Under the pieces are notes generated by a model, which had not been told where the DNA came from, searched no databases, and saw only the letters and a list, made by a program, of their open reading frames with translations. Below are positions 1-9,169 of a stretch of 64,000 nucleotides of DNA, in pieces. The DNA is from Vicinamibacterales bacterium. Its GTDB lineage: Bacteria > Acidobacteriota > Vicinamibacteria > Vicinamibacterales > 2-12-FULL-66-21. Within the stretch, counting starts at the first letter, position 1. Each line of letters opens with the position of its first letter. The DNA lies in assembly GCA_048594975.1 (NCBI GenBank), contig JBMDXQ010000145.1:55284-119283 (forward strand). Direction: 5' to 3'. A program made the position numbers and the translations under genes.

Positions 1-1523
1 ACTTCGAGACGCCGAACCCGATCGAGGAGGCGGCGCGCGCCGCGTATGCGCTCAATCCGATCCCGGAGATCCCGGTGAGCGACTTCCGCGTGCTCGGCGG
101 GCTGCTGTTCGCCGACGGGCCGACGAACAAGACCGTGACGAAGTTCCTCCCGCGCGCGGCCGCGTCGTACCTGCTGTCGGATCGCACCGTGCTGCGCGCC
201 GGCGCCGGGTTGTTCTCCTACGACTATCTGTTCGAGAACATCAACCAGGCGGGCTTCGCGCAGGCGACGCCGGTCCTGGTCACGACCGACAACGGGCTGA
301 CCTTCACCGGGGCGAATCTCACGAACCCGCTGCCGAGCGGGCAGTTGATCCAGCCGGTCGGCTCGGCGAACGGGCTGGCGAGCCAGCTCGGACAGAACCT
401 CGGCACGATCTACCAGCAGGACCGCGAGGCGCCGTACTACACGCGGTGGGAGGCGAGCCTCCAGCGCGACTTCGTGCGCGGCTGGGTCCTGGCGTTCACC
501 TACGTCGGGTCGCTCGGCCACAACCTGCCGGTCGCACACACGATCAACGGCATTCCGACGCAGTACCTCTCGACGACGCGCAGCCGCGACGCGGCCAACG
601 AGTCGTTCCTGAGCACGACCGTGCGCAACCCGCTCGCCGGCCTGCTTCCGGGCAGCACGATCAACGGCTCCACGGTGCAGCGCCAGCAGCTGCTGCGGCC
701 GTACCCGCACTTCGGCGGCACGTTCGCCGTCGAGGAGTACAACGGATCGGACAGCTACCACGGCGGGACCGTCCAGCTGCAGAAGCGGTTCGCGAACGGC
801 AACTCGATCACGTCCCAGTACACGTACTCCAGGTCGCGCGACGAGCTGAATTTCCTGAACCCGTCCGATGGAGTCCTCGAGGACCGGGTCGCGCCGAACG
901 ATCGGCCGCACCGCTTCTCGATCGGCGCGGTGATGCAGCTGCCGTTCGGTCGCCAGCAGACGTGGGGCCACGACTGGAACGGCGTCGTTGACGCCTTCCT
1001 CGGCGGGTGGCAGCTCAGCTCGACCTACCAGTACCAGTCGGGATCGCCGCTGACGTGGGGCAACGTGTACTACGACTCGGCGTGCGGGGATCCGAAGGAT
1101 CTCGAGTCGTACATCGGCAGGAAGGTCTCCGGTGGTACGGCCGGTCTCATCGGCGACGCGCCGGCCTGGGACCTGAGCTGCTTTTACTTCCACGACGCGG
1201 CGGTGCAGACCAACGGCGTGGACGACCCGGCGAAGCAGCGGGCGGATCAGCGGATCTCGATGGGCAACACGTACCGCTATTTCCCGTCGACGCTGCCCGG
1301 CGTGCGGACGCACCAGCTGCATCTGCTCGACTTCGGGCTGACCAAGAACTTCGCGCTGCCACGCGGCATGCGGCTGCAGGTCCGGATGGAGGCCATCAAC
1401 GGCCTGAACTACACGGTCCTGTGGAACCCGAATGTCACGCCGAGCAACGCGAACTTCGGCTACATCAATCAGGAACGCAACAACCCGCGCGACCTCCAGC
1501 TCGGGCTGCGGTTGACGTTCTGA
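1..1523 (+). CDS. TonB-dependent outer-membrane receptor, C-terminal part (5' end off-window)
   Basis: Frame of ORF-track 75..1523 stays open to the window edge. Gly/Tyr/Asn-rich beta-strand sequence ends ...RDLQLGLRLTF, with the terminal Phe typical of TonB-dependent/OMP barrels. Confidence 0.8.
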   Translation, partial: FETPNPIEEAARAAYALNPIPEIPVSDFRVLGGLLFADGPTNKTVTKFLPRAAASYLLSDRTVLRAGAGLFSYDYLFENINQAGFAQATPVLVTTDNGLTFTGANLTNPLPSGQLIQPVGSANGLASQLGQNLGTIYQQDREAPYYTRWEASLQRDFVRGWVLAFTYVGSLGHNLPVAHTINGIPTQYLSTTRSRDAANESFLSTTVRNPLAGLLPGSTINGSTVQRQQLLRPYPHFGGTFAVEEYNGSDSYHGGTVQLQKRFANGNSITSQYTYSRSRDELNFLNPSDGVLEDRVAPNDRPHRFSIGAVMQLPFGRQQTWGHDWNGVVDAFLGGWQLSSTYQYQSGSPLTWGNVYYDSACGDPKDLESYIGRKVSGGTAGLIGDAPAWDLSCFYFHDAAVQTNGVDDPAKQRADQRISMGNTYRYFPSTLPGVRTHQLHLLDFGLTKNFALPRGMRLQVRMEAINGLNYTVLWNPNVTPSNANFGYINQERNNPRDLQLGLRLTF

Positions 1524-1531
1524 CAGGACGG

Positions 1532-1612
1532 ATCACGAGCGACGGGCCACGTGCTGACGTGACGCCCGTCGCCACGTGGCACGCCAGCACGTGACGCCCG
1601 CCGCTCGTGATG
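1532..1612. repeat. Long imperfect inverted repeat (about 25-bp arms) with internal 12-bp direct repeat. Candidate terminator or operator between the receptor gene and the GntR gene.
   Basis: ATCACGAGCG (1532-1541) is the exact reverse complement of CGCTCGTGAT (1603-1612). Arms extend through CACGTGCTG / CAGCACGTG. ACGTGACGCCCG occurs twice (1557-1568, 1589-1600). Confidence 0.5.
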
Positions 1613-1650
1613 CGGAACGCCCAGCATCTCGGATATAGTTCGGATCATCC

Positions 1651-2418
1651 ATGACTCGCCGCGCGCGTTCGCTCGAGGGCAGTGCGGAGCAGGTGGTGTC
1701 GCACGTCCGCAACCTGATCGAGAGCGGCCGCCTGCGGCCCGGCGATCGACTGCCGGCCGAGCGCGAGCTGGCGATGCAGATCGGCGTCAGCCGGCCCACC
1801 GTTCGCGCGGGGCTGCAGGCGCTCGCGGCCATCGGCGTGGTCCAGAGCCGTCACGGGTCCGGGACCTACATCCCCGCCGGCCCGCCGGCGCTCGGCACCG
1901 ACGCCCTGAGCTTTCTCGCCGCGCTGCACGGGTTTACCCGCGAGGAGATGTACGAGGCGCGGCGCATCCTCGAGGTCGGGGCCAGCGGCCTTGCCGCCGA
2001 GCGCGCCACGCCCGAGCATCTCGCCACGCTGTCGGAGGAAGTGGCCAACCTGTTCGCGTCGCTTCACCAGCCGCACGCCTTTCTCGTCCACGACATCAAC
2101 TTCCACCGCGGCGTGGGCGCCGCCTCAGGCAATCCCATCGTCGCCTCGCTCACCGAGATGGTGTCGGCGCTCTACTACGAACAGCGGCGCGAGACCGCGG
2201 AACGCGCGACCGAGGACAACCTGCGGGACGCGGCCGAGGCGCACCGCCGCATCTACCAGGCGATCCGGGTACGCGACGCGGAAGGCGCACGACGCGCGAT
2301 GCACGAGCACCTCAGCGCGTCGCTCGACTACCAGAAGCACGAACCTGCCGGCGACGGACACGGCGCCGGCCAGGGGCGGCTAGCCGGCGATCTCGGCAAG
2401 CATCTGATCCGGGGTTGA
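1651..2418 (+). CDS. GntR/FadR-family transcriptional regulator
   Basis: N-terminal winged-helix motif RLRPGDRLPAERELAMQIGVSRPTVRAGLQALAAIGVV, followed by a helical FCD-like C-terminal domain. Adjacent to hexuronate genes. The 3' end overlaps the convergent gene by 39 nt. Confidence 0.85.
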   Translation: MTRRARSLEGSAEQVVSHVRNLIESGRLRPGDRLPAERELAMQIGVSRPTVRAGLQALAAIGVVQSRHGSGTYIPAGPPALGTDALSFLAALHGFTREEMYEARRILEVGASGLAAERATPEHLATLSEEVANLFASLHQPHAFLVHDINFHRGVGAASGNPIVASLTEMVSALYYEQRRETAERATEDNLRDAAEAHRRIYQAIRVRDAEGARRAMHEHLSASLDYQKHEPAGDGHGAGQGRLAGDLGKHLIRG

Positions 2419-4305
2419 GTAGCGCTCCAGCCGCTGGCGCGCCGCCGCGGCGCGCGCCGGCGTCGTCAGGCCGGTGCTTTCCGCCAGGAAGAGGATGTAG
2501 CCGGCGACGCGCGTCATGAACCGGAGCCGCGCCTCGGGGGTGATGGCGTAGAACCGCGCCCGCTGGGCGTAGCCGGCGGGCGAGTGGTCGCCCAGCGCCG
2601 ACTTCTCGGGCCTGCCTCCGGCCGCCAGCACGAACAGGAAGTTGTACTCGAAGAAGAACATGTAATCCGGGCTGGGCGGCAGTGCCTCGAGCGCCGCGCG
2701 GCACGCCGCCGGCGAGGCGAAGAGCCCGTCGCCGGCTGCCAGCCCGGCGTGCGCCAGCGACGCGGTGATGAACGAGCGCGCCATCTCGCGCCCGGTCGGG
2801 TCGTTGTCGAACGCGCCGGTCAGCGCGAGTTCGAGCGTGAAGCGGTACCAGTCGCGCCACAGCGCCGCGTCCCGCTCGTCGCGCGATTGCGAGAGCGCGA
2901 CGCCCATCTCATAGGTGTAGCGGCCGCTGGTCTTGATCTCGAGCCGGCCGCCGGTGACCTCGCCCATGACCCGGTAGTTCTCCGCGGACTTCCCCGAGCC
3001 GGAATGGAAGCCGATGCTCGCGTCGAAGGCGCGGCAGACCGCCCACTGCCGTGCGACGAGCGCGCGCAGCGCGTCGTTGTCCGGATAGGGCGTGTTCTTC
3101 TGGAAGCCGAACGCCGGCGCGACGAAATCGATGCGCAGATCGAGCGCGCGGCAGAGTGACAGCATCACCGCGCTGGTCTCGGCGGTCGTCCGGCCGGGCA
3201 GCTCGTCGATCGACAGCTCGCGCAGGTACCGGCGGCCCGCCGCCGTCGTGAAGGCGGCCTCGCGCGCGCCCCGGTACCTGTCGTCGCGACGCTTCATCTT
3301 GCACATCGCCGGCCACACGGTCGCGAGCAGCCGGACCAGCCCGGTCTCGTCGATCGCGACACCGCTTGCCGCGACCTCGCGGCGCACGCGGTCCACCACC
3401 GCGGCGGGCACTGCGGAGGCGACCCAGGCCGACGGATCGGCCGGCAGGGGGGTCCGCGCCAGCTCCGGGGAGAGATCGAACGTGATGTAGCTGGCGAGCA
3501 GGCAGCCGCGCACGAGCGCCTCCTCGCGCGCGTCGAACTTGCCGCCGATCGGCTGGTGGTCCGCGTTGAAGCTCCAGGGGATCCGGCGGCGGTGGAAGCC
3601 GGTCCTGAGCTTCCAGAGCACGCAGCCGTGACTCATGCCTTCGACGCTCTGCCCCTGGTGCCCCTCGGGCACGCTGCTCCCGATGAAGGGGAACGGCACC
3701 GAGTCGAGCTCCCCGGAGAGCATGGCGTCGACGTCGTAGACCAGCTCGCGCGGGATGCTGTTCTGGTTGGCGGTCATCCCGAGCTCGAGCGCGCTCATCG
3801 CCCAGTCGACCGCCGGCCAGTGCAGCGTCGTGAAGCGCGCGCCGATGCCGAGCGTGCGGCGACCGAGATCGGCGCTGGCCGTCGGGAAGATGGTCGAGTC
3901 CGGGTCGTGCTCCTGGACGGCGTTCTTCAGGCGCAGCAGGTTTTCCCAGGTCGCCGGGAAGGCCACTTCGTCGGCGCCGAGCACGATCCCATCGTCGAGG
4001 ACGTCAGCCGCCCGGCGCGTGTCGATCGCCTTCAGCCGCCACGCGCAGTCGCCCGTCGCGGGATCCTCGACGAGGCTCCAGGTCCCGGCGGCGGTGTGGA
4101 ACGCGCTCTTCGGCCATTCTCCGATCAATGCGCGTGGCGCCCCACCCCCGCGCGCGTCGCGCTCGCTTCGCTCGCCGGCCGCACGACCGCCAGCGGTGAG
4201 CCTCGCCGCGAGCGCCGGCCAGTCGAGGCAGAAGTCGGGGCTCACACACGGGTTGGTGGCGATACGCAGGCCGTGATCGAGGAGGAACCGGTTGATCGGA
4301 CGCAT
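2380..4305 (-). CDS. uxaE: UxaE-family tagaturonate/fructuronate epimerase-like protein (641 aa)
   Basis: Internal start MRPINRFLL of ORF-track 2380..5013. The upstream 236 codons are Arg/Gly-rich junk overlapping the SDR gene. Motifs IGFHSGSGKS and EIKTSGRYTYE resemble UxaE. The ATG overlaps the SDR stop (ATGA). Confidence 0.7.
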   Translation of the reverse strand: MRPINRFLLDHGLRIATNPCVSPDFCLDWPALAARLTAGGRAAGERSERDARGGGAPRALIGEWPKSAFHTAAGTWSLVEDPATGDCAWRLKAIDTRRAADVLDDGIVLGADEVAFPATWENLLRLKNAVQEHDPDSTIFPTASADLGRRTLGIGARFTTLHWPAVDWAMSALELGMTANQNSIPRELVYDVDAMLSGELDSVPFPFIGSSVPEGHQGQSVEGMSHGCVLWKLRTGFHRRRIPWSFNADHQPIGGKFDAREEALVRGCLLASYITFDLSPELARTPLPADPSAWVASAVPAAVVDRVRREVAASGVAIDETGLVRLLATVWPAMCKMKRRDDRYRGAREAAFTTAAGRRYLRELSIDELPGRTTAETSAVMLSLCRALDLRIDFVAPAFGFQKNTPYPDNDALRALVARQWAVCRAFDASIGFHSGSGKSAENYRVMGEVTGGRLEIKTSGRYTYEMGVALSQSRDERDAALWRDWYRFTLELALTGAFDNDPTGREMARSFITASLAHAGLAAGDGLFASPAACRAALEALPPSPDYMFFFEYNFLFVLAAGGRPEKSALGDHSPAGYAQRARFYAITPEARLRFMTRVAGYILFLAESTGLTTPARAAAARQRLERYSTPDQMLAEIAG

Positions 4306-5093
4306 CAAATGGTCATGGCGTGGAAGCCGCCGTCGATGATGAGTTCGGTGCCGGTGATGAACGAGCCGGCGGCCTCGCTCGCCAGGAGCAGCGTGGCGCC
4401 GATGAGCTCGTGCGCCTCGCCGAAGCGCTGCATCGGAGTATGCCCCATGATGCTGGCAACGCGATCGGGCACCAGCACCCGGCGGTTCTGTTCCGCGGGG
4501 AAGAACCCCGGCACCAGCACGTTGACGCGCACCCGGTGCCGCCCCCACTCGCGCGCCAGGTTGAGCGACAGGTTGTGCACCGCGCTCTTGGTGGCCGAAT
4601 AGGTGAACACCCGCGAGAGCGGCACGACGCCGGACAGGGAGCCGACGTTGATGATGGAGCCGCCGTGGCCGGCCTCCACCAGGTGCTGGCCGAAGACCTG
4701 GCAGCCGACGAACACGCCCTTGACGTTCACGGCGACGATGCGATCGAACTCCTCGTCGGTGATCTCGAAGAACGGCGTGGGCGAGTTGACGCCGGCGCCG
4801 TTCACCACGACGTCGACGCGGCCGCATCGCTGCAGGACGGCGCCGAGCAGCCCCTCGAGCGCGGGCCGGTTCGTTGCCTCGGCGACGTGGAACCAGGCGC
4901 GGCCGCCCGCCGCCTCGATCGCGCGGATCCGCGCCGCCGCCCTGTCGGCGTTGCGCCCGACGATGACCACCTCCGCGCCGGCGCCGGCGAGGCCCTCGGC
5001 CATCGCGCCGCACAGCTCCCCGGTGCCGCCGATGACGACGGCGACCTTACCGGCAAGCGAGAAGAGGGCGCGCAGGTAGTCGTCGGTTGTCAT
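4305..5093 (-). CDS. SDR-family oxidoreductase (probable uronate/aldonate dehydrogenase-reductase)
   Basis: Internal start [11 protein letters not shown] of ORF-track 4305..5549. Rossmann motif [13 protein letters not shown], catalytic YSATK and NVGS motifs. Translationally coupled to the uxaE-like gene. Confidence 0.85.
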   Translation of the reverse strand: MTTDDYLRALFSLAGKVAVVIGGTGELCGAMAEGLAGAGAEVVIVGRNADRAAARIRAIEAAGGRAWFHVAEATNRPALEGLLGAVLQRCGRVDVVVNGAGVNSPTPFFEITDEEFDRIVAVNVKGVFVGCQVFGQHLVEAGHGGSIINVGSLSGVVPLSRVFTYSATKSAVHNLSLNLAREWGRHRVRVNVLVPGFFPAEQNRRVLVPDRVASIMGHTPMQRFGEAHELIGATLLLASEAAGSFITGTELIIDGGFHAMTI

Positions 5094-5222
5094 CGGTTGT
5101 GCGGTGATCGTATCGCGGAAGAGGCTGCCGGCAAAACGCCGCGAAGGCCTGCGCCGGCGTAAGATGAGCAGGACGCGCGGCTGCCCGCTCGTCGGGAGCC
5201 GCGCTGGGGAGAGCCTCCGACC

Positions 5223-5498
5223 GTGAAGCCAGTGATCATCATCAGCGGCCGTGACAACGTGGCGACCGCGCTCGAGGCGCTCGAGGCGGGACGCCGCCTG
5301 ATCCTCGACGGGATCGAGGTCGCGGTCCGCGAGCCGATTCCCTCCGGCCACAAGGTCGCGCTGCGGCGCATCGCCGCCGGCGACGCGGTCGTGAAGTACG
5401 GCAGCCCGATCGGCATCGCCACCGCGGACATCGAGCCCGGCGCGCACGTGCACGCGCACAACGTGGAGAGCGCACGGGGACGCGGAGATCTTCGATGA
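5223..5498 (+). CDS. uxaA: UxaA-family (altronate/galactarate dehydratase) small N-terminal SAF-domain subunit
   Basis: 91 aa with a GTG start. Contains DNVATAL...I..GHKVAL..I..G..V.KYG..IG, typical of the UxaA/GarD N-terminal SAF domain. Followed by the large subunit. Confidence 0.8.
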   Translation: MKPVIIISGRDNVATALEALEAGRRLILDGIEVAVREPIPSGHKVALRRIAAGDAVVKYGSPIGIATADIEPGAHVHAHNVESARGRGDLR

Positions 5499-5504
5499 CG
5501 GTGG

Positions 5505-5573
5505 CGATGCCGAATGCCGAACGTTCTTCCCGCTCTCGGCATTCAGCATTCAGCATTCGGCATTCAGCACTGA
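5505..5573. repeat. Heptamer tandem repeat GCATTCR (4 copies plus 1 degenerate) with inverted copies upstream. Potential hairpin.
   Basis: GCATTCA at 5539, 5546 and 5560; GCATTCG at 5553; degenerate GCACTGA at 5567. Inverted CGAATGC/ATGCCG units at 5505-5524. Fills nearly the whole 76-nt gap between the split uxaA genes and ends 1 nt before ATG 5575. Confidence 0.85.
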
Positions 5574-5574
5574 C

Positions 5575-6759
5575 ATGCGTCAGAACACCATGAGCCCCGG
5601 TTTCTACGGTTTCAGGCGTCCGGACGGGCGCGTGGGCACGCGCAACCACGTGCTCGTCGTGCCGACGGTGATCTGCGCGTCGGTCGTGGCCGAGCGCGTC
5701 GCCACGGCCGCGCAGCCGCTCGGCGCGGCGCTGCCGCACCTGGCCGGGTGCGGCCAGCTCGGGCCGGACATGCGGACCACGCACGACACGCTGGCCGCCT
5801 ACTGCGCGCATCCCAACGTCGGCGCGGTAGTGGTGGTGGCGCTGGGGTGCGAGCAGGTGGCGGCGCAGGGGCTTGCCGATCGCGCCCGGCAGCACGGCAA
5901 GCCGGCGGCGGTGATCGCCATCCAGGCGGAAGGGGGGACGGTGCACGCGACGGAACGCGGCGCCGCGCTGGCGCGCGAGTTCGCCGGCCGCCTCGCGCAA
6001 CAGGAGCGCGAGTGGTGCGACGTCTCCGAGCTCACGCTGTCGGTCAAGTGCGGCGGCTCCGACTACACCTCCGGCCTCGCCTCCAACCCCGCGCTCGGAC
6101 GTGTCACCGATCGCCTCGTCGATCTCGGTGGCGGCGCGGTGCTGGCGGAGGTGGCCGAGATCCTCGGCGCCGAGCACGTGCTGGCCGCGCGCGCGACGCG
6201 CGCCGAGACGGCGGCGCGGCTGATCCAGATCGTCACCAGCGTCGAAGCCGGCGCGCGCGCCCTCGGCCTCGATATCCGCGGCACGCAGCCCTCGCCGGGC
6301 AACATGCGTGGGGGCCTCACCACGATCGAGGAGAAGTCGCTCGGCGCGACCTACAAGGGCGGCGAGCGCGCGCCGCTGGAGGAGGTGGTGGGCTACGCCG
6401 AGCCCGTGGCGCGCCGCGGTCTCACCGTAATGGACACGCCCGGCCTGGACGTCGAGGCGGTGACGGGCATGGTCGCGGGCGGCGCGCAGGTCGTGGCCTT
6501 CACGACCGGGCTCGGCACCCCGACCGGCAACCCGGTCGCGCCGGTGGTCAAGATCACCGCCAACGCGCTCACCGCGCGCCACATGGCGGATAACATCGAC
6601 GTGGACGTGAGCGGGATCCTCGAGGAGGCGGAGACGCTGGAGGCCGCCGCGGAGCGCTTGTTCGCCGAGATCCTGTCGGTCGCATCAGGGCAGGAGACAG
6701 CGTCCGAACGCCTCGGCCACCGCGAGTTCGCGATTCACCGGCGAAACCCGACGATATAG
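5575..6759 (+). CDS. uxaA: UxaA-family hydrolyase, large subunit (altronate dehydratase-like)
   Basis: 394 aa. N-terminus FYGFRRPDGRVGTRNHVLVVPTV is typical of the UxaA C-terminal domain family. The start could alternatively be ATG 5590. Confidence 0.85.
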   Translation: MRQNTMSPGFYGFRRPDGRVGTRNHVLVVPTVICASVVAERVATAAQPLGAALPHLAGCGQLGPDMRTTHDTLAAYCAHPNVGAVVVVALGCEQVAAQGLADRARQHGKPAAVIAIQAEGGTVHATERGAALAREFAGRLAQQEREWCDVSELTLSVKCGGSDYTSGLASNPALGRVTDRLVDLGGGAVLAEVAEILGAEHVLAARATRAETAARLIQIVTSVEAGARALGLDIRGTQPSPGNMRGGLTTIEEKSLGATYKGGERAPLEEVVGYAEPVARRGLTVMDTPGLDVEAVTGMVAGGAQVVAFTTGLGTPTGNPVAPVVKITANALTARHMADNIDVDVSGILEEAETLEAAAERLFAEILSVASGQETASERLGHREFAIHRRNPTI

Positions 6760-6810
6760 CTCTTGGAGGCACGGATGGTTCGCGGCAGGCCCGTCCGCGT
6801 TGTTCGGGTG

Positions 6811-7050
6811 CGCGTGGGGCCCACATCGTCCTGGGCGCCGGGGCCCCATCCCCGGCGCTGCCGCGTCGCGCGCCGCGGCGGCTGAAGGCTGCCACGCGCA
6901 CTGAGAGAGGGCGGCTGGAGGACCAAACTACCCGGGCGCTGAATACACCCGGACGTCCTCCGAGCGGAGCGAGGCGGCACGCGCGAAGCGCGCCCGCGAG
7001 CGCGGCCAGCGTGAAACGCGTGGGGCTCGGGCCCCACGCGCACTGAGAGA
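6811..7050. repeat. Structured, repeat-containing intergenic element upstream of the FAD oxidoreductase gene
   Basis: 17-bp direct repeat CCACGCGCACTGAGAGA at 6892-6908 and 7034-7050. Perfect 10-bp stem CGCGTGGGGC/GCCCCACGCG with loop TCGG at 7017-7040. A related CGCGTGGGGCCCAC lies at 6811-6824. Confidence 0.7.
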
Positions 7051-7071
7051 AGACGAGGGAGCCTGAAAGCC

Positions 7072-8667
7072 GTGCAGAGATGCCGAGTCGTCCTGCCCCT
7101 GATCATGTTGGCGACATGGACGGGCAGCGACGAACCGCTCACGCAACCACCCCCCGCGCGCACCTGGGACCTCGTCGTCTACGGGGGCACCGCGGGCGGC
7201 GTGATCACCGCCGTCGCGGCGGCCCGCGAGGGCCTGCGGGTAGCGCTCCTCGAGCCGCGTGATCACCTGGGCGGCATGGTGTCCGGCGGCCTCGGCTGGA
7301 CGGACCACGGCCGTCAGCAGGTCATCGGCGGCTACTCGCGGGAGTTCTTCGAGCGCGTCGGCCGGAAGTACGGCAAGCCGATCGAGTGGCACCTCGAGCC
7401 GCACGTGGCCGAGGAGGTCTTCCGCGAGCTGGTGAAGGAGGCCGGCGTCGAAATCTTCTTCCGGCATCGGCTCCGTGAGCGGGTGGGCGTCGAGAAGAGC
7501 GGCGCGCGGGTCACGGCGATCACGATGGAGAACGGCGCCCGCCTGGGCGCGCGCATCTTCGCCGACGCGAGCTACGAAGGCGACCTCATGGCGCAGGCCG
7601 GCGTGTCCTACTCGTGGGGCCGGGAAGGCGCGCCGGAGTACGGTGAATCGCTGGCCGGCGTTCGCGATCGGACGCCGAAGCACCAGTTCACCGTTCGCGT
7701 CCGGCCGTTCGACGACGCCGGCCGGTTGCTCCCCGAGATCTCGCCGGAGCAAAAGGCGGCGGCCGGCTCGGCCGATCGGAAGGTGCAGGCGTACAACTTC
7801 CGCGTCTGCATGACGCGCGTCACCGCGAACCGCGTTCCCTTCCCGCGACCGGCGGGGTACGTCCCGGCGCGCTACGCGCTGCTCGCGCGAATGCTCGCCG
7901 CGATGGACCGGGAGAAGCAGGCGAAGGGCGAAACGTGGTCCAGCGTGGACGTGATGAAGCCGGACCCGCTCCCGAACGGCAAGACCGACACCAACAACAA
8001 CGGCGCCTTCTCGACCGACTACATCGGCGGCAACTACGGATACGCGGAGGGGAGCTATGCGACGCGCGCCCGGATCTGGCAGGCGCACGTCGACTACGTG
8101 CAGGGCTTCCTCTACTTCCTGCAGCACGACCCGCAGGTGCCACAAGGCCTGCACGACGACGTCGCGTCCTGGGGACTGTGCCGGGACGAGTTCACCGACA
8201 CCCGCAACTGGCCGCACCAGCTGTACGTGCGGGAAGCGCGCCGATTGATCGGCGAGCACGTGATGTCACAGAAGGACATCCAGCTGGAGCTCACGAAGCC
8301 GGATGCGATCGGGATGGGCTCCTACAACAGCGACTCGCACAACGTGCAACGGATCGTGAACGACGAGGGGTTCGTCGAGAACGAGGGAGACATGCAGGTG
8401 CCGGTCACGCCCTACCAGATCCCCTATCGCGTGATGCTGCCGAAGCGGGCCGAGGCGACCAACCTGCTGGTGCCGGTGTGCTTCTCGGCGACGCACGTCG
8501 CCTACTCGACGCTGCGGATGGAACCGCAGTACATGATCATCGGCCACGCTGCGGGTGTCGCCGCAGCGATCGCCGCCAGGAGGAACACGGCGCTGCAGGA
8601 TGTGGAGACCGCCGCGCTGGCCGCGAGGCTGCGCGCGCAGCGGGCGGTGTTCGAGTACAAGCCCTGA
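7072..8667 (+). CDS. FAD-dependent oxidoreductase (secreted or periplasmic)
   Basis: 531 aa. Hydrophobic N-terminus, dinucleotide-binding motif DLVVYGGTAGGVITAVAAAREGLRVALLEP and HLGGMVSGGLGWTD, typical of the FAD_oxidored family. Confidence 0.75.
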   Translation: MQRCRVVLPLIMLATWTGSDEPLTQPPPARTWDLVVYGGTAGGVITAVAAAREGLRVALLEPRDHLGGMVSGGLGWTDHGRQQVIGGYSREFFERVGRKYGKPIEWHLEPHVAEEVFRELVKEAGVEIFFRHRLRERVGVEKSGARVTAITMENGARLGARIFADASYEGDLMAQAGVSYSWGREGAPEYGESLAGVRDRTPKHQFTVRVRPFDDAGRLLPEISPEQKAAAGSADRKVQAYNFRVCMTRVTANRVPFPRPAGYVPARYALLARMLAAMDREKQAKGETWSSVDVMKPDPLPNGKTDTNNNGAFSTDYIGGNYGYAEGSYATRARIWQAHVDYVQGFLYFLQHDPQVPQGLHDDVASWGLCRDEFTDTRNWPHQLYVREARRLIGEHVMSQKDIQLELTKPDAIGMGSYNSDSHNVQRIVNDEGFVENEGDMQVPVTPYQIPYRVMLPKRAEATNLLVPVCFSATHVAYSTLRMEPQYMIIGHAAGVAAAIAARRNTALQDVETAALAARLRAQRAVFEYKP

Positions 8668-9110
8668 ACCCCACGACGTCGGTCAACGCCGTGAAGGAAC
8701 GCTGCGTCTAACGCGGGCACGGGGGTCGTGGGCGATCTGGTCGAGGACGGCCACACCGCGTCCCCCTCGCCCTCCGTGTACACGTGCGACGCGGCGGGCG
8801 CGTGGCCGGATCCCGATTACGTCGCGCGCACCTCAGACGCCGCCGCGTTCGCGCGGACCTCCGGCGCCTGGTGCGCGAGCTCGATTCGACCCGCGCGATC
8901 TTCGGGCTGCGGCCGCTTTGGGACGTGCTGGACGGCGCGCTCGACCGACCACGCTTCGCGCAGCCGCTCGGCATCGACGCCGCGGGCGCGGCGGTGCCCT
9001 CGGTGCACGCGCCGTTCGCGATCACCAAACTAGCCCCGGAGGGCACCGAACGACACTTGTGTTGACGTGTAGCGCAGCCCTTCATTCAGGGTTGCCCACG
9101 CGCCGTGACA

Positions 9111-9128
9111 GCAGGCCTGAAGGCCTGC
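9111..9128. terminator. GC-rich palindromic hairpin in a convergent intergenic region
   Basis: GCAGGCC-TGAA-GGCCTGC (7-bp stem), 42 nt downstream of the minus-strand isomerase stop. No U-tract. Confidence 0.4.
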
Positions 9129-9169
9129 ACTACGAGCGGCGCGCGGCGTCAACGCAAGTGCTGCCGTGA

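Noticed and set aside
4306-5013. N-terminal 236-codon extension of ORF 2380..5013. Similar extensions occur in 4305..5549, 9170..10852, 15626..16909, 16446..19190, 20307..22163, 29846.., 30787.., 31563.., 33728.., 33808.., 35268.., 42091.., 42771.., 43682.., 45226.., 46344.., 46592.., 49541.., 56644.., 56745.. and 60759...
   Set aside because: The extensions are Arg-rich junk that overlap the neighbouring real gene in another frame. In each case an internal ATG or GTG sits exactly at the previous gene's stop (ATGA/GTGA/TGATG) and begins the recognisable domain or signal peptide.
5539-5573. Tandem repeat as a CRISPR array or other spacer-repeat locus.
   Set aside because: The units are 7 nt and directly adjacent with no spacers. 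No cas genes are present in the window.
5223-6759. Split uxaA as a frameshifted pseudogene.
   Set aside because: The two parts are in separate complete ORFs with their own starts, separated by 76 nt. The SAF-domain small subunit plus large subunit arrangement is a known natural architecture of the UxaA/GarD family.
8784-9065. 93-aa plus-strand ORF in the 500-nt gap after the FAD oxidoreductase. Part of it (DLRRLVRELDSTRAIFGLRPLWDVLDGALDRPRFAQPLG) looks protein-like.
   Set aside because: The N-terminal third is poly-Arg, there is no RBS, and I recognise no family. It could be a gene remnant, but I cannot support calling it a CDS or pseudogene.
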